Positions 1-9,149 of a DNA stretch of 64,000 nucleotides are shown piece by piece. The notes beneath the pieces are model-generated. The model did no database searches and had not been told where the DNA came from. It saw only the letters and a list, made by a program, of their open reading frames with translations. The first letter of the stretch is position 1. Each line of letters starts with the position of its first letter. The translations under genes and the position numbers were made by a program. Source of the DNA: Felis catus (lineage: Eukaryota); contig NC_058373.1 in assembly GCF_018350175.1 (NCBI RefSeq), positions 108,564,001 to 108,628,000 on the forward strand, given 5' to 3'.

Positions 1-1100
1 CAGTCAGCCCCATCTTCCTACAATACCATCCTCTGCCCACCCCACCACGACACACAGAAAGACCAAGAACTGAAAATACCCTTAAAAGTAAGCTATAGCA
101 TATCTGGTTCCAGCTTCTGGGAATATTTTCTATTATTCAAGAAAAATGGGGCTGAAGTGACTATCGACACTATCTATTTTGCCATCTGGAACTTAAACCC
201 ATCATCAGCCCTTTCTCACTGTCTACCTTTTCTGATTAGGGTTGTTATGCCCCTATATAAGCATGTTGCTCTCCCCTCTTATGTCCACCTGTGTCATTAA
301 TCCTTGTTTTTATGCATGATTTAGATACTGAAACTTCTAGAAAACAGGACAAGAAATGAGCATTTGGGTATAGGGAGGTGACATAGAGTTTTGCTTTGTA
401 TTATTGGAGATACAGTCTCAATATGTACAAAGGCTTTATTGGAGGGGAGGCCAAAACAAAAGTAATTCCAATACTTTGATGGTCCACAATATCAAAGAAT
501 CAAGTAGCAGAAATAGGAAGTGATTAATGATTTCACTAAAATCCAGAAGAGACATAATAGAAGATTATCTCTAAGCCCTGGAAATTGAGTTAAATGCTGT
601 GTACATCAATATGCCCTCTAACTATAATAAGCTGTACTAAAGCTAAACCACAATCCTAGTGTATTGGCAAACATAGATGTATGTTTCTTCATTCCATGAG
701 GAGTAAAATGAAAAACAAGAACAGACCTCAATGATAGCTGGGGTATTGCTCAACATGCAAAACTATTTCAGAATAAAAGTAATGTTATGTGACCATTATA
801 ACTCAGAGGAATAGAAATATTGTTAAATGATTAACCCTTAAGCTAGAAAAAGATTTAGAAAAAAAACAGAGTCTACAATAACATTTATAAAGCTATGACA
901 TCTATAAAACAGGAACAGAAAGCTATAAAAAGAGAACAAGTTGTACAGAAAAGATGATCAGATGAACTTAAAAGTCAACAGTTCGAGATGAAGATGAAGC
1001 TGGATGGGAAGAGAAAAGATTACATAGCAATTAAAAATACAGAGCAGACTAAAATCCATATTGGAAAAAGAGCAGAATGTCGATTTAAAATCAATAATGG

Positions 1101-1318
1101 GGGGCACCTGGGTGGCTCAATAGGTTAAGGTCTGACTTCAGTTCAGGTCATGACCTCGTGGTCCATGAGTTTGAGTCCCTCATCAGGCTCTGTACTGACA
1201 GCTCAGAGCCTGGATCCTGCTTTGGATTCTGTGTTTCCCTCTCTCTCTGCCCCTCCCCTGCTCATGCTCTGTTTCTCCCTCTCTCTCTCAAAAGTGAATT
1301 AAAACAGTAAAAAAAATG
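1101..1318 (+). mobile_element. Can-SINE (SINEC_Fc-type)
   Basis: ggggcacctgggtggctca head, CT tract, A tail; TSD tttaaaatcaataatgg at 1084-1100 and 1319-1335. Confidence 0.95.
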
Positions 1319-1756
1319 TTTAAAATCAATAATGGGAATGGTAATATGAAGGCAAATTTAATAAATTTTTTCCCATAATGCAGAGGCAAAAATTAAAGAG
1401 TTTTAAATATTGTGAAAAGAGTGTTGATAGAGGACATACAGTGAAGAGAAAGGCTTTAAAATGTAGATATTTAAGTGAGGAATAAATAGTTGAATAGAAG
1501 TGATAGTAAAAGATATCACTGAAAAAATACTTCTCAGCATACGGCTTAAAAGGGCTCATTATGTTTGAGGAAAAGTTGACAAAATTCCAAATCATGGAAA
1601 GATGTTTCATTATATAGATAAATAAAATTATCATAAGCATTCAGACATGAAATATAAAGGCATATAAAAGACTACAAATCAGCAAAGTATAATGCCAGAA
1701 GGTAGTAAAGCATTGTATACAGAGTATTGAGACAAGAACTTCATAAGTCACAAATT

Positions 1757-1938
1757 CTTTTTAAATGTTTATTTATTTATTTTGATGGGGGGCAGAGAGA
1801 GAGGGAGAGAGAATCCCAAGTAGGCTCCCCACTCAGCATAGACCCTGATGTGGCGCTCAGTCCTACGACTGCAAGATCATGACCTGAGACAATTATCAAG
1901 AGTTGGACGCTTAACTGATTGAGCCACTCAGGCACCCC
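1757..1938 (-). mobile_element. Can-SINE
   Basis: Ends gagccactcaggcacccc; T-rich tail; TSD tcataagtca(ca/ag)aatt on both sides. Confidence 0.92.
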
Positions 1939-2046
1939 TCATAAGTCAAGAATTTTAAATGTGAATTAGGTTGGTGGTCAAGTAAAAGAGATATAAACAT
2001 ATTCCAAGGTATGCAAAGTCTCAGAAAATGTCACTCTATTATCTTT

Positions 2047-2817
2047 TGCATCAGTTAGTGATTGATGCTTAATAAATCACCCTAAAATTTAGAGCTTTAA
2101 AGCCTCAAACATTTATTATTTCTTATAAGTTTACAGCTCAGGTGGGTAGTTTGGTAGAGCTGGACTTATCTCTGTTGGTTTTGGTTAGCCTTGCTAGTGC
2201 ATCTGCAGTCAGTTGATGAGTTGGTAGAGGGCTAGGATAGCCTCACACACAGGTCTGATGATTGGCTGGCCATCAGGTGAGACAACTGTGGTGAAGGAAC
2301 CACATACATTTCATCATTTAGCAGGCTACTCCTGGCTTATTCAGCTGGTGGTTTCAGAGTTCCAAGAGTGGAAGAACACAAGACTTTCTGAGGAGGCCTC
2401 AGCTCAGATTGATTCAACATTACTTTCACCATATTGATTTAGTCAGAGTAAGTCATAAGGCCACAAGAATTGGGAAATAGACCACCTCTTTAAAAAAATT
2501 TTTTTTTAATGTTTATTTTTGAGAGAGAAAGACAGAGCATGAGCAGGGAAGGGGCAGAGAGAACGGTAGACAGAGAATCTGAAGCAGGCTGCAGGCTCTG
2601 AGCTGTCAGCAACAGAGCCTGATATGGAGCTTGAACTCACAAGCCATGAAATCATGACCTGAGCTGAAGTCAGGTGCTCAACCAACTGAGCCACACAGGC
2701 ACCCCAGGAAATAGACCACTTCTTAATGGGAGAAGCTGCAAAAGCATATTACAGAAGACAGGGATACAGGGAGGGAGGGGGTGGAAAATTAAGGGTGTAT
2801 TTGCAATCAATCCAACA
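2047..2817. mobile_element. MaLR LTR (MLT1F/G/H-like), split by a SINE
   Basis: tg..ttag...aaatcaccctaaaatttagagctttaaa...aaacatttattatttc terminus, plus later agtcataaggcca / atgggagaagctgcaaag motifs typical of MLT1. Confidence 0.7.
2491..2705 (-). mobile_element. Can-SINE inserted in MLT1
   Basis: Full SINE body; TSD ggaaatagaccac(c/t)tctt on both sides. Confidence 0.95.
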
Positions 2818-2996
2818 TATCTTAAAAGAGTTGAAGAAGTGCTGACTCACTCTAAGAAATTAAGAATGGGGAAACTGATATAAAAAACTGTCAGTGAGCA
2901 TTGAAATCAGTTAAAACAACATTAAGTATAAATGAATACTAGAAGTATGTTTACAAAACTGGGTAAAATATAAAAATTATTCTTAGAAAGTTTATA

Positions 2997-3163
2997 GGGG
3001 TGCCTGGGTGGCTCCGTCAGTTAGCGTCTGACTTCCACTCAGGTCATGATCTTGGGGTTCGTGGGTTCGAGCCCCACATCCGGCTTTGTGCTAACAGCTC
3101 AGAGCCTGGAGCCTGCTTCGAATCTGTGTCTCCCTCTCTATCTCTGCCACTTCCCTGCTCACG

Positions 3164-3196
<33 letters not shown>

Positions 3197-3212
3197 ATAA
3201 ATAAACATTAAA
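2997..3212 (+). mobile_element. Can-SINE
   Basis: ggggtgcctgggtggctc head, ggttcgagccc B-box, (CT)n, aaataaataaac tail. Confidence 0.95.
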
Positions 3213-3399
3213 AGAGAGAGTGAGAGTATATACTGTTAAAGATTTAAGTTCTGTACTATCCTTTAAAAATTGTTTTTAGAAACATAACTTTCATGGATTA
3301 CTGTGGATAGTAAAGAGAAGAGAACTAAAACTCAAGACAAAGGAGTATAAAAGCTAGCAGGAGACAAGTTAATATGATAGACACTCATCTTATTCCTTA

Positions 3400-3960
3400 G
3401 TCCTATGGACTTCAACCATCTCAGAAACAATTCTAGAACATTTATGTCTTTATGTACCTGAAAACCCCTTTCTCTAACCTTTCACCTTTGTACCAGTGAA
3501 AAATGGCATGGTTGGTATACATCAGGTCTAGTTTGGTCCAGGCAAGTAAGTCCTCAATCACAGATGTGGCATTGCTCAGAATGCAGGTAGCTCTCAGTGG
3601 TTTTGACTGGCTCTCCATAGGGAACAATAATGGCAGGCTGGTAATTGAGGATGACTTTAAAGTTAGTGGGGCACCAACCTATATTGATGCATGCTTCAGT
3701 TGGTCTTGATGTGACAAAGGAAGCAGAGACATTATTGAGATTTAGATAACCCAGCACAAAAGACAGCAGAAAGAATGTTTACATTTAACCAACAGAATGA
3801 ATATCTTATCTGTACTCTGCTGTAGTCAATCATTTATGATATAATTGGCCCATGATTGTGACTGTGGCATATATGGCCAGAGGGAAGTGGGCAAGGGGAT
3901 TGATTTGGAATTCTGTCAGTCCAATATTCAGGGTATTATCAAATTTGAGGAAATAAGTGA
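3400..3960 (-). mobile_element. Probable ancient LINE ORF2 remnant (RTE-X/L4-like)
   Basis: Minus-strand translation PMESQSKPLRATCILSNA...IEDLLAW resembles, from recall, the post-RT 'LE.VQSKFLRA...SNA' motif; a colinear IYLGIY motif lies at ~5041-5058. Confidence 0.3.
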
Positions 3961-3984
3961 AAGAATAAAAAAATCTTGCTACTT

Positions 3985-5015
3985 AGTTTGAGCCTTCTAA
4001 AGAAGCAGAGGCAGAGTTAGGATTGAAAATACTAACTCTTTATTTGGGAAACACAAGCCATGGGTAGTGAGATTGAGAAAAAGTGAAATGAGGCAAGGAA
4101 AAAAAGCAAAGCAAAGCAGTGGTTATAGCTTCACAAAGAGTAAGAGGAGACTTGCCAGGTCATGGAGCATGAGTGTTTACTTGGCACACAGGTATTATCT
4201 GAAAGGCAGGAAAAGACAAGCTGAATCTTGGATTGTCCTTGGAGGGGAGAAAGGAGGGGGTATTTATCTGCCCAACATCCTCTCATTCCCTGTTTCCCAT
4301 TGGTCAAGATTCATCATGCTCTAGGTAAACCATGTTTCCAGGATTCATCATGCTCTAGGTAAACACTCAGAAAACTTAGATACCATACCTATGGCATGTC
4401 ATTTCATCTGAGCCTAGAAATAGATCACATGACATGAATAAGCTAAAGGAGGCAGGCAGCACCTTTGCAAGAAGGGAAACAGAGGAGTCAGGAGTGCTTA
4501 CAAGGTTTTATCCATTCATGTGGTAGGATTAATGTCATGTGGGCATTCAGTACTGAGGTTTCAGTTATTCTTGTAGATAACCTTCTGATCTACTGTGGCA
4601 GCACTAACAGTGTATTCTAGGGTGGTGATGATGATGAAGAGATAGGGCTTGACTATATCTTTGGGAACCCAAGGGACTAAGAAATAGAAAATTCCTGGTT
4701 TGACTTTTCATTATCAATATGATTATTAGAACTAGACCTATCATTCAAACTGGAAAACCAATAAGCCTTGTAGACCTGTACCCTGGCTGAGAGGTTTTGA
4801 GCCCAGTCACAAATAGTATCAATCACTTTGTCACCAGTAGTGCAGTGTCCACAGGTCTGCTTTCTGCCCCATCTTCCTTGCCGGTGGTCAGATGTTATAG
4901 ATGGAAAGGCTTCTAGGTCTACTATGTTTTCACCGATAACCATGAGGCTTTTGAGTTACAATCTTGTACTGGCAGGCAGTATTCTCCTGATAGGGGCACC
5001 CTTTCCTGGTTCTTA
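3985..5015. mobile_element. Old ERVL-class LTR plus short internal fragment
   Basis: agaagcagag...ctttatttggga...gtgaaatgaggcaagga LTR16/LTR33-like motifs, followed by sequence resembling ERVL internal region. Confidence 0.5.
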
Positions 5016-5401
5016 ATAAAGCAGGTATAGATATTAAAACATAAATCCCTAAGTATATACCAAATCCATTTGTTTATCTGAGTCACATAGCTTCAACTCC
5101 TATTCAATAAAGTAGGTTCTTTATTTCTGGCCACAGACAATTTTCTTTTTCTGCTTTTAAGTTGAGCTATGTAGAATAAACTTAAAAAAAAAATCTGGCT
5201 ATTGTAATTATTGAGAGTAAGGTGTGTAGTCGTGGTGAGTTTTCTTTCATTTGCTTAGTCTGCATCTTCACCTGAAGTCTCCGGATGCATTCTAAATTCT
5301 ATCCTTTGAAATACAACCTTTACCTTGAATTGAATTCTCATGTATACAGGGTGTGTTCCTGAAATCTCTCTTCTCTCTTACCAGTGGGCTTCCCTATTCT
5401 C

Positions 5402-5635
5402 TTTTTTTTTTTTTTTTATTTTTTTTTAGTGTTTATTTATTTTTGAGAGAGAGAGAGAGAGAGACAGAGTGCAAGCAGGGTAGGGGCAGAGAGAGAGGGA
5501 GACACAGAATCTGAAGCAGCTCCAGGCTCTGAGCTGTCAGCACAGAGCCTGACGTGGGGCTCGAACTCCCGCACTGTGAGATCATGACCTGAGCTAAAGT
5601 CAAAAGCTTAACCCACTGAGTCACCCGGGTGCCCC
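5402..5635 (-). mobile_element. Can-SINE
   Basis: Long T tail and full body; TSD gggcttccctattct on both sides. Confidence 0.95.
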
Positions 5636-5799
5636 AGGGCTTCCCTATTCTTATGCCATTGCTCTACCATTTTACCATAGCTTTAAAGGAAATGTTGATG
5701 TTCTGTAGGGTAATTCACCACTTGTTTTTCACATTTTAAAAAACGTTCTATAAGTTCTTGCTCATATCCTTAGGAGTCAGCTGTTGAGTTCAATGATCA

Positions 5800-6226
5800 G
5801 TGTCAACTAGGGAGAAGTTAAGGGATGCTCTTGGAGGAGTTCATTGAGAGGATGTGACCACCAGTTGACCCTCAAGCAGGACCTGGGCAATTGGACACTC
5901 CTTACTCCCTCCCCTGCTCTTGGAATGTGTGTTCTACCCACCCTTCCCAATGCTAGGAGCTGTTTCAAGAACATAACCTTGAGAGAGCAAGGTGTTGTTG
6001 AGACCATCTGGGCTGAATACATGGTTGAACCCAGTTAAGGCCTTTATATAAACTTTTAAGTCTGGTGGGTAGATGTGGAGATTTACTGATCTTGTGGCTA
6101 CCCAAGACAAGCTTTATATGTAAGTTCCCTTACTTTTTAAATCTGCCGCCTACTAATGTGGAGTGGTCTGCCTCTTAGTCTCCCCTTGCCCTCTGTGTAT
6201 AGGGGACAATTTGTGACTCAAAAAAC
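5800..6226 (+). mobile_element. Probable solo LTR (carnivore ERV)
   Basis: ~420 bp block, more GC-rich than its flanks, with tatataaa TATA box (~6046), U5-like ggagtggtctgcctc and a ..ca end. Confidence 0.5.
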
Positions 6227-7030
6227 ACTCTGTGTCTTTCTGTTTATTCAAATTTTCTTCTATATTCTCCAGTGGGGTTTTATAGTTTATTTCTCTAAGG
6301 TTTTGCACATTTGTGTTAGCATTATTCCTAATTAGTTTATGACCTTTGTTGATACAGTAAATTGAATTTTTTAAAAAAAATTATATTTGTGATCTATATG
6401 TGTATATATATATTATATGTATATGGGTTATAGGAAATCTGTTGATTTTTATTGTTGATTTTATCTGGTTACTGTACTGACTTTAAAAGTTTTCCATTTA
6501 ATTTACCTGGTTTCCTCAGGTATAAGATTATCTTCAAAGATTGCAGTTTCATTGTTTTTTTACCTGATCAATTTATTTATTGATTCTTCCTTGGACCTGC
6601 ATTGTAATGCTAATAATAGTACTAATGGGTCTTCTTATCTCGTTCCTGACTTAGTGGAGATAGTTTTAGTATTCTACAACTAAGTATACAGTTTATGTAA
6701 GTTTCTTGTTAATGGCCTTTATTAAATTTAGTTTTCTTCAATTGCTAGCTTATTGTTAGATTATCCTTATCATTAGGAAGTGTGTGGAATTTTATTAAAT
6801 TCTTTTTTATTTTTGGCATTTGTTGTCAAGATGCTTTGATTGTTTACAACTTTTTATTTAATATTTCCTAATGATAAATAATTCTTAACATTCCTAAGAT
6901 AAATGCTATTTGGTTGTAATATAGTACTATTCTTTTAATTCTCTTTAGAATTTGATTTGTTAAAGTCTTCTCTAGAAATTTTGTTTCTCTATTTATAATG
7001 AAATATTTTTCTTCTGTTTTGATATCAGGA
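6227..7030 (-). mobile_element. Old L1M ORF2 fragment
   Basis: T-rich antisense L1 ORF2 motifs (tcttcttatctcgttcctgacttagtgga, attattcctaattagtttatg). Confidence 0.75.
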
Positions 7031-7149
7031 TAATGGTGGCATGGAATCTTACACTGAAGAAGATAAAGCAAAGGAACTACACTCCATTTAGACAATACAT
7101 ATTATAAAATAAGAAAACAAAATCTGAAAGCATAATACTAATTATCTGA

Positions 7150-7295
7150 ATATAAAGAACACACACACTATATATGTGTATATATGTATATATATTTATT
7201 TTTATATGTATATGTAGCTAAGTATATGTATAAATATATATTTATTAATATAAAATATACATAATATATAATATATATTTCATTATATATAAAGT
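7150..7295. repeat. (CA)/(TA)-rich low-complexity tract
   Basis: acacacac followed by degenerate tatatg/tatata runs. Confidence 0.8.
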
Positions 7296-7379
7296 TATGT
7301 GTTATGATGGAGCATGTGCTCAGAAAAAAATACATAGTCATATTTGTTCCTTTAGCAAAACAAACAAAAAAGAAACAGA

Positions 7380-8900
7380 ATGATAATAAATATGAATTCA
7401 GAAGTTAAGGAATTATAAAACAAAAATTTGCAGCATTGGTAAGTAAACTAGAGTTAGTTCTCAGAAGAAGAAAATCATAAAATAGAAACATTAATGCCTA
7501 GTTGAATTAAGAAAGACACACAAAAAGAATTTAAGAGTGCTGTGACACCATAAATGGGTGATTTTTAAAATGATAAAAAAGAGCCATGTATGGCCATAAA
7601 TATGAAAATCGGATTAAAATGCATAATTTTCTGACAAATTGTAAATAATCAAAATCAAGGTGAAATTGATAAGCAAAAGAAATATTTTTAAGAAAAACCT
7701 TTAAAGATTATCAAATAATTGATAACCAAAAAACTATGGGTCTAGATGTTCTTACCACTTGAATTATTTCAAGCTTTGAAGACATTATATCAACTGTCAT
7801 ACAATGTAGAAAGAAATGAAAAACTCTCCAGTTCACTTTTAAATCTAGGAAAAAACCCTGGTAACAAATCCAATCAAATGTAACAGAAAGGAAAAACAGA
7901 ATAACTTATACACGTATGTGCCACAAAACTAAATTCAGAAGTAAATTAAGAGTATAACGTACCAGGAACAAATAAGTTTTGGTTTGGAGATATAAGAATG
8001 TTTTGATGAAAAAATTAGAAATAAAGCATACTATGTTAAAAAATCAAAGGAAGAAAATGGAATATTTCAAATTTCTGGTAGAAGAATTTTTAAATTATAT
8101 TTTAAGCTTATTTATTTTGAGAGAGAGAGAAAGAGTGAGAGCATGAGCTGGGAGAGTCAGAGAGAGAGGGAGAGAGAATCTCAGGCAGGTACCACGCTGT
8201 CAGTGAAGAGCCTGAAGTGGGGCTCGAATCTGCGGGGCTTGAACGTATGGAAGTTTCACCGACTGAGCCACCCAGATGCCCCAGAAGAATTTTTTAAAAG
8301 ATGATGATGAGTATCATTTTATCAAAAGGCTACGTTATACACTTAATGACAGACCAAAAGCATTTTCACTATAATCAGGAGTGAGCTAAGAATGTCTACT
8401 ACTGATCACTTTTATTTAATGTTGCCCTAAAATTTCTAGGTATAGTTACAGGAAAAAATAGACTATTATTTTCAGATGGTATTTTTTCTTAGACACAATA
8501 CAAGATAACCTATTAAAAATCATTAGTAATAATAAAAAAATTAAGTGACTTAAAAAAGAGAAGAAAATAGATTTCATAAACAATTATCTATTGGAAAAAA
8601 ATCAACCACAATGGAATAAAGATACCATTCAGAATAGCAATAAAAGCACAAATATATAAGATAATGAGTTATTGAGTGCATCTTATATAATGGAGTTATC
8701 ATAATATAAACAGGATGTGTGAGAGGGCTGAGCCATATTTTTGAATGGGGCTCATTAATACTATCAATATCAGTTTTTCCCCAATTACTGTTTATGTTTA
8801 ATACAATTTTAATAGAAACCTACTTTTTTGTCTTTTTGTTTTATATTTTTACAAACTTTTATTCAGACTCATTGGAAAGAAATAATTTTCATTCACGTTT
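7380..8900 (+). mobile_element. Old L1M/L1ME ORF2 fragment (resumes at ~11890-12170)
   Basis: A-rich sense ORF2 motifs (gggtctagatgttcttacc, atcaggagtgagctaagaatgtctactactgatcactttt). Confidence 0.7.
8091..8282 (-). mobile_element. Can-SINE, internally rearranged
   Basis: Ends gagccacccagatgcccc; TSD agaagaattttt; ggggct(c/t)gaa occurs twice. Confidence 0.9.
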
Positions 8901-9149
8901 GCAAGATGATTGGAGATTGTAAGTTCATTGAACTTAGTAACAATTACTAATAGGTATTCTGTAAACTTATACCTGCTAGTGACACAGCAGCATGTCTTCT
9001 TTCTGCTCTTTACTTCCATAGAGATTATCTTATAGTCTTAAGAGCTAAGCATTTTAAGCATGAATAGAGACAAAATATTCCCCATATCCAATTAGTAGCC
9101 TGAACTTCAGAAAACCAATTTAATTTAATTGTAGTTAATTAAAAAAAAA

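Larger units (their letters stand above)
640..3400 (+). mobile_element. Old degraded L1M/HAL1-like ORF1-region fragment, interrupted by SINEs and an MLT1 LTR
   Basis: A-rich purine-biased sequence resembling an L1 ORF1 region (e.g. aaagtataatgccagaaggtagtaaagcattgtatacagagtattgaga); no open frame. Confidence 0.45.

Noticed and set aside
2506..2694. Recurrent MAQ.V..LTSAQV.IS ORFs as a gene family
   Set aside because: All are read-throughs of Can-SINEs.
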